Positions 23,857 to 35,319 of a stretch of 64,000 nt of DNA are shown here, in pieces. Under the pieces are notes generated by a model. It was given only the letters and a program-made list of their open reading frames with translations. It was not told where the DNA came from and searched no databases. Position 1 is the stretch's first letter; every line of letters begins with the position of its first letter. The translations under genes were made by a program, and so were the position numbers. The stretch spans positions 62,001 through 126,000 of the forward strand of contig NIVC01000475.1 of the NCBI GenBank assembly GCA_002269645.1. The letters run 5' to 3'. Source of the stretch: Macrostomum lignano (taxonomy: Eukaryota).

Positions 23857-26800
23857 TCAAGTTTGCTGCCTTGGTCTTTTGCGCGAATCTCGAGTGTCTG
23901 AAAGCGAGTTTTGGAGTAAATAATATCATCTTTATTAATTTTGATGCTACGAGATATGATGTTATGATGATGCTCGTAGATATTTATCTAATGAACCAGA
24001 ATCCCAGATTCCCCAATCCCAGCTTCCCCAATCCCAAATTCACCAATCCCAGATTTCCCAATCCCAGATCCCCCAATCCCATATTTCTCAATCCCAGATT
24101 TCACAATCCAAGATCCCCCAATCCCAGATTCCCCAATCCCAGATTCCCCAATTCCAGATTCCCCAATCCCAGATTCCCTAATCCCAGATTCACCAATCCC
24201 AGATTCCCTAATCCCATATTTCTCAATCCCAGATCCCCCAATTCCAGATTCCCCAATCCCAGACTCCCCAATCCCAAATTCACCAATCCCAGATTCCCTA
24301 ATCCAAGATCCCCCAATCCCAGATTCCCCAATCCCAGATTCCCCAATTCCAGATTCCCCAATCCCAGATTCCCTAATCCCAGATTCCCCAATCCCAGACT
24401 CCCCAATCCCAAATTCACCAATCCCAGATTCCCTAATCCCATATTTCTCAATCCCAGATCCCCCAATTCCAGATTCCCCAATCCCAGATTCCCCAATCCC
24501 AGACTCCCCAATCCCAAATTCACCAATCCCAGATTCCCTAATCCCATATTTCTCAATCCCAGATCCCCCAATTCCAGATTCCCCAATCCCAGATTCCCCA
24601 ATCCCAGACTCCCCAATCCCAGATTCCCCAATTCCAGATTCCCCAATCCCGGATTCCCCAATCCCAGATTTCCCAGTCCTATATGCGCCAAATCTCTAAT
24701 TCCCTATCACAAATTCTCCAAAGCTGGATTTCATGCTCCCCAATTTATTCTAATCCCACATGCCGCATCACCTGCAGAGCCGACATTGCCGCACTCTTTG
24801 CCAAAGAAGACAATTTCCAAATCTTCGCTTTCGAACCCGTTGCTTCGAACTGTCAACCGGCATTTCAGCCGGTCATTTCTGGTGATGGAAGTCATGTCCG
24901 GCGTTCTCACAACCAGCAGATGCTGCAATTAATCATTTAGAAACGATGAAGGTCATATTATAATCAGACAGCTTATCCGCAAAATATCTCTGAGAAAATA
25001 AAACTTGCCTTTTTCAGTTCTACAATCGAACACGAACGAACAAAGTTACGAAGTGAACCCGTCGATTCAGCAGATGCAGATCCGGCACTTGATTGGCCGT
25101 GTAATGTTTGCAGATCAACTTTTATGTCGTTTTTGTTGATTCCTGAAGTATTTTTACACTTACTATGTATAAATCTGTTGGTGGGTGCCTGTGCAGTGAG
25201 GTGCGTGTCGGTGGAGTGAGGTGGGTGTGGGTGGAGTGAGGTGGGTGTGGGTGGAGTGAGGTGGGTGTGGGTGGAGTGAGGTTGGTGTCGGTGAAGTGAG
25301 GTGGGTGTCGGTGGAGTGAGGTGGGTGTCGGTGGAGTGAGGTGGGTGTGGGTGGAGTGAGGTGGGTGTCGGTGGAGTGAGGTGGGTGTCGGTGGAGTGAG
25401 GTGGGTGTGGGTGGAGTGAGGTGGGTATCGGTGGAGTGAGGTGGGTGTCTGTGGAGTGAGTTGGTGTTGGTGGAGTGAGGTGGGTGACGGTGGAGTGAGG
25501 TGGATGCCGGTGGAGTGAGGTGGGTGCCTGTGGAGTGAGGTGGGTGTCGGTGGAGTGAGGTGTGTGTGAGTGGAGTGAGTTGGTGTTGGTGGAGTGAGGT
25601 GGGTGTTAGTGGAGTGAGGTTGGTGTGGGTGGAGTGAGGTTGGTGTGGGTGGAGTGAGGTTGGTGTGGGTGGAGTGAGGTGTCGGTGGAGTGAGGTTGGT
25701 TTCGGTGGAGTGAGGTTGATGTCGGTGGAGTGAGTTGGTTTTGGTGGAGTGAGGTGGGTGTCGGTGGAGTGAGGTGGGTGTCGGTGGAGTGAGTTGGGTG
25801 CAGGTGTCTTTAGACTGAGATGGGTGCCTTTGGGGAAAGCAGACGTCTGTAGTAAAGTAACCAATCAATAAATCAATCTACCTGTCGTTGGCGTCTTGGT
25901 CAGAATGGCCACCAGACTGCCACCAGTCAGGGGCACCTCTGCCGGATTCAAGCGCTCAACCGCGATGGATTTCTTCTGTTCTGAATGGTGAATTTTTCAA
26001 TTAATAGGTAATAAATTAAATCAGATATTTTGTAAAAACTTTGAAATTTTCCCGTAAGTCTTAGCATATACTTGAACATAGATTCCGAGTTCTACATTCC
26101 GAATTCCAGATAACAAGCTCCAGATCCCAAATCTCACATTTAGAAACACAGATCCCGAATCCCAGATCCCGAATCCCAGATCCCGAATCCCAGATCCCGA
26201 ATCCCAGATCCCGAACCCCAGAATCCCAGATCCCGAACCCCAGAATCCCAGATCCCGAACTTTAGATCTTGCATCCTAAATCTCGAATCCCAGATCCCGA
26301 ATCCTAAATCTCGAATCCCAGATCCCGAATCCCAGATCCCGAATCCCAGATCCCGAACCCCAGAATCCCAGATCCCGAATCCCAGATCCCGAACCCCAGA
26401 ATCCCAGATCCCGAACTTTAGATCTTGCATCCCAAATCTCGAATCCCAGATCCCGAATCCTAAATCTCGAATCCCAGATCCCGAACCCCAGATCTTGCAT
26501 CCCAAATCTTGAATCCCAGTTCCCGAATCCCATATCCTGAATCCCAGATCTCGAATCCCAGATCCTGAATCCAAGATCCCGAATCCAACATATGAGTCCT
26601 AGACTTCGAATTCTACGAGCGTAGATACCGAGTCCCAGATCCATAAATCCCAATTACCAAATCCCAAATCCCAAATCACTTAAATTTAACCCCAGACCAG
26701 CAATGAGTCACAGACCATCTTGAACTTACTGTCATCATTAATAGGATCACTGTACACCGTGCTCTGCCACCAGTGCATGCCTCTGGTGTCCGTGAATTGC

Positions 26801-28771
26801 AATGAAATTGCCAGCCGAATCGAACCCATGCTGCGGCTGGTGTATTCCACTTTGGAACTTTCCACTGCTGCACACAAAGTCAAATGCGAGTTTTTAATAT
26901 AGTAAAAAAAGTGGCAACATTACTTAAAGTAGTACAATAATAATAGTACTAATAGACTCACCATCAGGCAGACTGGGGACATTTGCGCGCCTCAGCTCCA
27001 CTGCTCTCTCAATGTCCTTCTGACTTTTCCTGGTCACGCAGATCACGGCCAGGCGGTTGAAGCTGCATTGGTGTTGGGGGGGGGGTCTTGCGAATGCGAT
27101 ATGTAGCTGATGGCTATGATAGTGCTTCGGGATTGGCTTTGAGATTGGCTTTGAGATTGGCTTTGAGATTGGCTTTGAGATTAGCTTTGAGATTGGCTTT
27201 GAGATTGGCTTTGAGATTGGCTTCGGGATTGGCTTTGAGATTGGCCTTGAGATTGGCTTTGAGATTGGCTTTGAGATGATTGGCATTGAGATTGGCTTTG
27301 AGATTGTTTTAGGGATTGGCTTTGAGATTGGCTTTGTGATTGGCTTTGAGATTGGCTTTGAGATGATTGGCATTGAGATTGGCTTTGAAATTGTTTTAGG
27401 GATTGGCTTTGAGATTGGCTTTGTGATTGGCTTTGAGATTGGCTTTGAGATTAGCTTTGAGATTGGCTTTGAGATTGGCTTTGAGATTGGCTTCGGGATT
27501 GGCTTTGAGATTGGCCTTGAGATTGGCTTTGAGATTGGCTTTGAGATGATTGGCATTGAGATTGGCTTTGAGATTGGCTTTGAGATTGGCTTTGTGATTG
27601 GCTTTTAGATTGGTTATGTGATTGGCTTTTAGATTGGTTATGTGATTGGCTTTTAGATTGGTTTTGAGATTGGCTTTGAGATTGGCTTTGAGATTGGCTT
27701 TAACATTGGCTTTGAGATTGGCTTTGAGATTGGCTTTGAGGTTGGCTTTAACATTGGCTTTGAGATTGGCTTTGAGATTGGCTTTGAGATTGGCTTTGAG
27801 ATTGGCTTTGAGGTTGGCTTTAACATTGGCTTTGAGATTGACTTTGAGATTGGCTTTGAGATTGGCTTTGAGATTGGCTTTGAGATTGGCTTTGAGATTG
27901 GCTTTGAGATTGGCTTTGAGATTGGCTTTGAAATTGGCGTTGTGAATTCATCTCAGAGTAACAGCAGATCAAAGGGGGGCCGTAGCCCAGCGGTAGCGCA
28001 GCTGCTCTGGTGTGCCAGCGACCCAGGCTCGATTCCAAGTGCAGTCACATTAATTTGGGGCTAAATTGGAAACTCGGCTTGGCTCTGCTCGTGCAATTAA
28101 CAGCCTTGAGAGCCAACCCCCCAAGGCGCAGTGAAGCGTACATGCCTAACGATAAAATAAAGTTAGGGCCGCTGTACACTCCTGTGTGAGTGTGTGCCTG
28201 CGTATCCGCGCGCTTGTATGCCTGCTCAGGGAAGTCGGCGGAATGGGCAGTAATGCCTCTCGCCGGTTGTGTGCCTATGTCGCTTAAAGTGCGCCAGGGT
28301 GCACACAACCCCCCTGCATCTAAAAAATGAAAAAAAACAGCAGATCAATGAAGCTCACGTGATCTCCCATTCACTGCCCCCAATAGCTGAGTCCACGGTC
28401 TTCTTCAGCTGGAAATATCCGTTGCTGCAGTGGTCTCCGTGCAGGTAGTACGGATGAGGAGCCTTCTCCTCGGCGCTCACGGTGCACACAGTCAGCTGCA
28501 GCTGCGAGTGCACAGCTGGGTCGATGTCGCTGACGCGAACTCTCACGAAGCTCTTGTTGCCATCGGTGGAGCTCCTGCCGAGCAGCAGGCCGCCAACTCT
28601 GCCGCTGTCCTTCTCGATCTCCGACTCGTAGCGAAATCGGTAGAACCGAGCCGGCTGCTCCTCGATGGTCAGCGACGGCGGCTTCGGCAGCGGCTGAGGC
28701 TCGTGCAGAACCAGGATCCGAGGCTGCTCTGGCAGCAGAACGTCCCTGCCAATCAACTGGGTTGTCGTCGC
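23857..28771 (-). CDS. Rel/NF-kB-like gene copy 4 (divergent paralog; 5' exon not located)
   Basis: Exons 28771-28359, 27062-26962, about 26867-26730, 25980-25882, 25142-25009, about 24922-24776, 23897-23857. Motifs FNRLAVICV, SIRLAI, YSDPI, LNPAEVPLTGG, INKNDIKV, HLLVVRTP; ends DTRDSRKRPRQQT*. Confidence 0.8.
24000..24680. repeat. 15-bp intronic minisatellite AATCCCAGATTCCCC
   Basis: Tandem units; source of the PNPRF ORF. Confidence 0.95.
25185..25800. repeat. 20-bp intronic minisatellite GGTGGAGTGAGGTGGGTGTC
   Basis: Tandem G-rich units. Confidence 0.95.
26120..26675. repeat. 14-bp intronic minisatellite AATCCCAGATCCCG
   Basis: Tandem units related to the 15-bp array at 24000. Confidence 0.9.
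27125..27935. repeat. 12-bp intronic minisatellite GAGATTGGCTTT
   Basis: Tandem units; source of the ISKP/LALR/IGFE ORFs. Confidence 0.95.
27974..28335 (+). mobile_element. tRNA-derived SINE (~360 bp)
   Basis: A-box-like TAGCCCAGCGG, B-box-like GGCTCGATTCC, A-rich tail, 13-bp TSD AACAGCAGATCAA (27960-27972 and 28336-28348). Confidence 0.85.
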
Positions 28772-29290
28772 CTGCAGAACGATTTGAGGCTTGATTGAAT
28801 TTCTGACAGCCAGAAATGCGTTCGCTTCTTTCTAGTTCATGTCTGTAAACAGCTATTTTGACAGTGAATGCGATTCTGTAATTTGCTTATTCCCACTTAA
28901 TTATCACTTTCCGCCTGGGGACTGGGGACTCCACTGGGGTGAAGAAGACTGCAGGATTCTGACCATAGCTGTTTCGGGCTGGTATAGGTGGATCCCAACA
29001 GTGATTCGTGCCATAAAACTGAAGAACACACAAGACCTTACCATGGTAGAGAGTTGCTTTTTTAGAATTAGACCTCAACGCGAAGTAAAAAAGGAACTTG
29101 GGGGAACGCTTTGAAATGTATTTTTTAAATGGATTTTTTTTTTTAATGACTTTGCTCAAGTTAAAGTGGCCTGTTGGAATGACAATAAGCCACAAAATAT
29201 CTGATTCTCTGAATATCTGAATATGTCAAATCATGTGGTCCTAGCTTTACTAAGCTTAGCTAGCAAAAAATTTGGAACCAAAATTTTCCC

Positions 29291-29449
29291 GGGACATTCC
29301 CCGGTTTTCCCGGGGCGCTGCCGCCAGTGCAAGTGTGCAAGCTTGTAGCTTGTAGCCTGTTTCTAAAAATAGAAACAGGCGCACATGTGCATGAGGAGTG
29401 GCGGCCCGTACATCCACAAGTGAACTTGGGCTTACGAACGGAAAATCCC
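29291..29449. promoter_or_regulatory. Two kB-consensus motifs upstream of Rel copy 4
   Basis: GGGACATTCC at 29291-29300 and GGAAAATCCC (GGGATTTTCC on the minus strand) at 29440-29449. Motif match only. Confidence 0.3.
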
Positions 29450-30039
29450 TAAGAGTCATTTGATCAAAAGCTAAATGAGCAATTCCTCACAAGAGTTAAG
29501 TCCTCAATTTCTCAAAATTAAGACGTCACAAGTTTGAAATCCACAACAGTGAAAATTGTTTTATGTCATTATTCAGCTATGGGATTTGGGAAGCTAAATG
29601 ATGAAGTTATCGAGAGGATGTGTCTCGAGCGCCACTACATGATTACTCCATGATTAATTTTATCGTAATCCGTAGTGTAGTCGCACCGGAAGAGATCAAA
29701 TTAAAAATTCATAAATAAGCTATTGCGTACACTGTAGTTTCGGGTGTTTTCTGCTTTCGAGTTGGGATTTAAAAATAGGACATATGTTAGTTCTAAGTCG
29801 TGACGCATGACAACAGCTGATCTGTATTGATGTGTATTGAAATCAAATGCGTACATGTAGGAAAGGCATGCTATAAAAAAATCGTTTCAAAACAGATCCC
29901 TCAACAAGGTTACCACTTACCTGGTAAAATTAGGGCCATCTACCCACTGAAAATCAGGTAGGACTGAATTTCAGTCTAGTGAGAAGGTGACTGTGAACTT
30001 TATGAAAGCATTGACTTTGCATGCCAATCGGCGCTGAGA

Positions 30040-30130
30040 ACAACTATTTGAGCAACGATGATGGCATGACCTTCGACTGCTGGAAGCCGGTGCTCCGCAA
30101 CGATTCCGGACGTGGAGCCGTCGTCCGAAC
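30040..30130 (+). pseudogene. Fragment of the FDCWKP family
   Basis: DGMTFDCWKPVLRNDS, then a frameshift and loss of similarity. Confidence 0.7.
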
Positions 30131-30851
30131 CACCGGCTGTGTTGACTGCAATGCCAAAAGTCATTTTTGCATCATTTTCAATATGATTAAGCCTCTTTTA
30201 AAGATATCCGTTCGGGGTTTAAGCGCCTTGCATGCCTGCTTGTTTGATCAGTCCGATGGGGATACACTTCAGGCTCGTAGGCTAATGTGTTGTCTCATAT
30301 TGCTTACCTGTCGCTTAAGTATTCATAGCAAAATTGTTCGCGTGAAATGATGCAATAAGAGAGACGAGCTCAAGTTAAATATATACATTGCACTTATCTA
30401 TCTATCTTGTCTTTAATGAATGTGGCGGATTCACAATTTTTCATTGCCGTAATAGTTGGTTGTGAGTTAATAAAATTATCTGCTGTTGAAACTGGGGAAA
30501 CTGGGGAAGTCAAGTTTCGAGCCTGCAAAGTTGCCAGATAGAACCGATGTTAGTGTTTGATCAGAGACACTTTACGACTCATCATGCTCAAATTTAGACA
30601 TTGGACTAATTGACACGGGGTGGTTGTCTCTGGAAGTGTTCAAAGCTCAAATGGATAAAGTGAAACCAAATCGAGAAAAAATTCTAGTCTAAAATGTTTG
30701 ATCGGCTACTGATTTATTCATTAGAAAATGTTCAACTTCTTACGAGTAAAGCGCAAACCAATTAAGGAATAAATTTGGAATCAAACAATACGACTAAAAA
30801 GTTGCCTATGAAACACCAGCAATCATCACTGAGCGGTCAGATGCGTATCAG

Positions 30852-31398
30852 TCAGCACTGCTCAGCGTGAGCAGCCAGCCGACCGCTCCTCAGCCTCACG
30901 AAGTCGATGCGGGAACCGATCGCCCCACGAGTTCTCCAGCATCAGCAGCGGCAGCCGCAGGGACGACTCGTCGCCTGCCTTCAAGGTTGACGCCGGCAGC
31001 TCGACAACTCCGAGGACGTCGACTCGAGTCACCCTCGGGTCCGACACGACGTCGCCGAGCGGACGGCCGGACGACGGCTCGACGGAGTCGTCGCGGAGCA
31101 CCGGCTTCCAGCAGTCGAAAGTCAAGTCTCCGTCAGCGGCTCCGAGAACGATCCAGCCGACGGGACCGAGGGCCACTGTTGTGGCGGCTACGCCAGCCGC
31201 TGTGGAAGACGCCCCTGCAGCCCCAGCGCCTCCCAGAGCCGCCCCGATGGCCGCTCCCTCAGCCGCGCCGGCAGCGGCCGCGCCAGTCGCAGCGCCGCCA
31301 GCGATTCCAGAGGCGGCCGACGCCGCTCCACCAGCGATCGAGGCCGCGGCGCCACCTGTGGCGACGACCGCTCCGATGGCAGCAGCAGTGCCGAGAAC
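30852..31398 (-). pseudogene. FDCWKP-family copy with a +1 frameshift near the 3' end and no genomic ATG
   Basis: C-terminal half nearly identical to 32722-33351 except for one extra C (GGTTCCCGCATC vs GGTTCCGCATC). Begins CAG|GTT where the paralog has ATG GTG. The frameshift could be a sequencing error. Confidence 0.65.
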
Positions 31399-31926
31399 CT
31401 GTAGCTTGTAGCTGTAGCTTGGCTGAAGAACTTTAAATCCTTTTCTTAAAGCTCTGAAGCTGTCTTGAAAGAAATTTTCAACTCACTCTGCCCTATTTAT
31501 GCTGCTGCTGCTGCCAGTTGTTCCTTGTAGGTCATTCAGCATCGCCACTGCCTTTTTGCCTGCGACTGTAAGTTGTGAAACCTGGCGGAAAAACTCTTCA
31601 ACTCACTAGGCTACTACATTGTGCACCAGTTTTCAGTTTTCAATTTTCGATTATCTAACAATGAGAACAATTGCCAGAATAACACGGTTGTACCTGTTGC
31701 TCTGCGAAGTACGAGCTAAGCAGCAATTTTCATTTTTCATGTTTCATTTTTCTTTTGCAACAAAAGCACAATGGGAGCCCATTGAGGGCTTTTATTGACC
31801 TGTTTTGGACTTACAAGGAACCAGAGACAGCATAAATACGAGGTTGCCTGACGCGGCAATTTTGCAATACTTCTCAGCCCATAAAGAATCAAGAAGCAAG
31901 CAGAGCACAAACTGACCTGCAGCAGC

Positions 31927-32499
31927 ATGCTGATCATCGGAGCACTCAGCGGAGCCTGGCTCACCTCGGGAGCGGCCAGCGCGGCCCTGGTGGGACTGGC
32001 GACGGGCGCCGGTCTGGGCGCCGGGGCGCAGCTGGCCGGCTCGGGAGCCGCCGGAGCCGCCGGCGCAGCGGCCGGGGCCGCCTCGGCTGCCGCCATCCTC
32101 GGAGCGGCCATCGGAGGCGACGTCTCGTCGGCGGTGGCGGGCGGCGCGGCGTCGCTGCCGGCCTCCTGGGCGACGGCATCGCCGGCGCTGATGTCGGGCC
32201 CGCTCGGTTGGTTGCTGGTCGGCTGCTCGACCGACACTGCCGCCGCCGCCGCCGCCGCAGGTTCAGTCAGCTTCGACTGTTGGAAGCCGCTGGTGCGCGA
32301 CCTCTCGGCCGAGCCGTCAGCCGGCCGGCTGCTGCGGGACCTCGCCGCCGACCCGAGGATCGCCGAGGTGGCCGTCAGGGCTGTCGGAGCGTCGCCGCAG
32401 ATCCGCCTGCGCAACGTCTGGGGCGAGGCGTTCGGCCTGCGACTCATCGAGCTGCCTGGCAGTCGGGTGGCGGCGCACGCCGAGCCGTTGCTGGAGTGA
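31927..32499 (+). CDS. Uncharacterised Gly/Ala-rich hydrophobic protein with C-terminal FDCWKP domain (190 aa)
   Basis: Open ORF; GPLGWLLVG, FDCWKP, EPSxGR, DPR, NxWG are conserved with the paralog. Confidence 0.75.
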   Translation: MLIIGALSGAWLTSGAASAALVGLATGAGLGAGAQLAGSGAAGAAGAAAGAASAAAILGAAIGGDVSSAVAGGAASLPASWATASPALMSGPLGWLLVGCSTDTAAAAAAAGSVSFDCWKPLVRDLSAEPSAGRLLRDLAADPRIAEVAVRAVGASPQIRLRNVWGEAFGLRLIELPGSRVAAHAEPLLE

Positions 32500-32721
32500 C
32501 TTTCAGACACTTGCTGAGCCATTTTGCTGTGGGACGGTTTGGTCCGCTTCAATTTAAATTATACATCGACTTAATACTTTAATTGGGCTGTCTTTGTTGG
32601 CTCATTTTTATTACTCAACCAGGCCCATTGTTTTGGATTTTCAGTTAGGCATCAGTTCTGGATCTAACCTGAGATATAAGTAGGTTTAATCTTCTACAAT
32701 TGCAGCCAAGCGGGTTTAACC

Positions 32722-33351
32722 ATGGTGGCTGCCACTGCCGTTGCTGTCGGAGCCATCGTTGCCACAGGTGGCGCCGCTGCGGCAGCTGGAGCCGGTGCGG
32801 CCACTGCTAGCGGAGGAATCGGAGCAGGTGCGTCAGTTGCAGGGGCGTCAGCTGCAGCTTCCACCGCAGGAAGCACGGCTGCTGGCATTGCGAGCGGTGC
32901 GCTGACAGGCGCTGCCGCTGCTGGAACTGTTGAAGGAGCGGCCGTAGGGGCCGCTGTGGGAGGCGCTGGCGCTGCCGGCGTGTCCTCGAGTGCAGCTGGC
33001 GCAGCCGGGGCTGCCACAGCAGGCGGACTGGCCCTCGGTCCGGTCGGCTGGATCGTTCTCGGAGCCGCTGACGGAGACTTGACTTTCGACTGCTGGAAGC
33101 CGGTGCTCCGCGACGACTCCGTCGAGCCGTCGTCCGGCCGTCCGCTCGGCGACGTCGTGTCGGACCCGAGGGTGACTCGAGTCGACGTCCTCGGAGTTGT
33201 CGAGCTGCCGGCGTCAACCTTGAAGGCAGGCGACGAGTCGTCCCTGCGGCTGCCGCTGCTGATGCTGGAGAACTCGTGGGGCGATCGGTTCCGCATCGAC
33301 TTCGTGAGGCTGAGGAGCGGTCGGCTGGCTGCTCACGCTGAGCAGTGCTGA
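32722..33351 (+). CDS. Uncharacterised Gly/Ala-rich hydrophobic protein with C-terminal FDCWKP domain (209 aa)
   Basis: Open ORF with ACCATGG start context; protein-level conservation with 31927-32499 despite DNA divergence. Confidence 0.8.
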   Translation: MVAATAVAVGAIVATGGAAAAAGAGAATASGGIGAGASVAGASAAASTAGSTAAGIASGALTGAAAAGTVEGAAVGAAVGGAGAAGVSSSAAGAAGAATAGGLALGPVGWIVLGAADGDLTFDCWKPVLRDDSVEPSSGRPLGDVVSDPRVTRVDVLGVVELPASTLKAGDESSLRLPLLMLENSWGDRFRIDFVRLRSGRLAAHAEQC

Positions 33352-33969
33352 CTCCACACTTGACTGTCTAAACATCGTACATGATTCATGTATTGTTTTA
33401 ATTCAACGAATTTCTTGGAGAACAGACTGAAAATCCATTGCTCCGCCTGTAATCTCAACTTATGCCGGTACATGCCGGTCCCACAATGCTTATGTAGATT
33501 TTAGATTTAAAAAAAATTAAATTGATTGCACAAAACTCTGAGTCACTAATTTTGAGTAGATAAATATTTTAAATATACTAACAACGAAATTACGAGCGTA
33601 CATGCCTAAATTAGGAAAAATCAAGACATCAAGACAGCTCTATACTTCTTGTTATTGAAGATGTCTTTAATAACAATTTCCGGCTTCAGATAGAATTTCT
33701 GCTTCCGTGCATATCACACTGCAAGCGTCCTGTATCGAATACGAAAAAAATATCGAATAAAAATTGCAGGTGTTTGTCTCTACACATCTGCTAGCTGTTT
33801 AATTACCCCGTATGCAGAAGAAAAGACGAAAATTTGCTAATTTTTTTTTGAGCTTTTGTGAAAACGAATTTTTGAACCTCCAACTGGGCGATGATTGCGT
33901 ATTTGTCGCAAACCGTAACTGTTCTTCTCATTGTTGGATAAACTTGGAAAAACTGAAAAGTGATGTAAT

Positions 33970-34149
33970 GTACAGCCAGGTACAGCCGAGCTACAGCCAG
34001 GTACAGCCGAGCTACAGCCAGGTACAGCCAAGCTACAGTCAGGTACAGCCAAGCTACAGCATCCTACAGCAAGCTACAGCCAATCTACAGCCAAGCTACA
34101 GTCAGGTACAGCCAAACTACAGCCAAGATACAGCCAAGCTACAGCTAAC
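33970..34149. repeat. TACAGCCAAGC-type short tandem repeat (continues at 35231-35310 beyond the LINE)
   Basis: Tandem 10-21 bp units on both sides of the LINE. Confidence 0.85.
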
Positions 34150-35230
34150 AACAACAACAACTAAATACGCTGTCAGGATGGCAAAAGTCAGCGTCACAGG
34201 GCGCGCTTCATGGCTTGGGCGCGAACAAAGGCCGCGCCACCGGCAGTGTCCGGGGCGCCGGCGTCAGCCAGCAGACAGTCGACATAACGCCGAGTTCGCG
34301 CTTGTCCTCGCCGGTAGGGTGCCTGCAGCGTGAGCAGCAGCATCTCCTGCACCGGCTGTGGGCAGTACGACTCAGCGCGGATGAGATGGCCTGCGAGCTG
34401 GAGTCGTCGACGGCGCAGTAGATCGCTTGGACGTGGCAGGCCAGCGCGGCGATAGAGTGCCGCGTTGGTGACTCGCTCGACGCCGATGTTGAAGGCGGCG
34501 CGCAGCAGGCCAGCGTGCGCCGCATCGACTTGCTGTTCGAGTGAGTCCGTCAGCGTCCAGGTCTCGGCGTTGTACAGCAGGACGGTCTCGATTACCGCCT
34601 GGAACAGCGCCGCCCTCTGGCGGTCCGGTAGGGCCTCGGACTGCAGGACTGCCCTCACAGAACGAAAGGCAGCCCAGGCAAGCCCGCGGCGGCGTCGCAG
34701 GTCCTCGCGAGCGTCTGGAACCAGACCGCCGAGGTAGACGAACTGCTGACATCGCGGAAGTTCGGTCGCCTGCCCGTCAGCGCCTCGGCAGAATATTACA
34801 GCCTCGATGTCGTCCAGCATGCAGAGCACAACGGTCTTCTGCGTGTTGACCGTGCTTCTAATGGTGCTCCGCGCGTACAACGTGCCTAAGCAGCTGATCT
34901 CCGCCATCATGGCGATGTACCGTGATACGACAGCTGCTGTGACAACACCGGACGGCCTATCGGACTCCTTTGAGACATCCTCCGGAGTACTTCAGGGAGA
35001 TACGCTGGCGCCGTTCCTGTTCGTCCTGGTGCTTGACTGGGTGCTGCGGACTGCTCTTCCTACCGACGACGACGGTTTTCTGCTGCGGCGACGCGTGGGT
35101 CGACGTCAACCGGAGAAGCGGCTCAGCGTGCTTGGCTACGCCGACGACCTCGCCTTGCTGTCCTCAACCGTCGAGGGCGCCCAACGGCAGCTGGACAGGC
35201 TAGTTGCCTTTGCGGCGACTGTCGGCCTGG
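34150..35230 (-). mobile_element. 5'-truncated, 5'-inverted RTE-type LINE
   Basis: Plus-strand piece 34852-35230 encodes GVLQGD...YADD...VGL. Minus-strand piece 34851-34150 continues VNTQKT...YLGG...LLYNAETWTL...RRLQLAGH to a (GTT)n tail. 10-bp TSD TACAGCTAAC. Confidence 0.9.
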
Positions 35231-35319
35231 TACAGCTAACTACAGCCAGTTACAGCAAGCTACAGCCAAGCTACAGCTAATCTACAGCCAAAGTTACAGG
35301 CTACAGCCAATGGTTTTCG

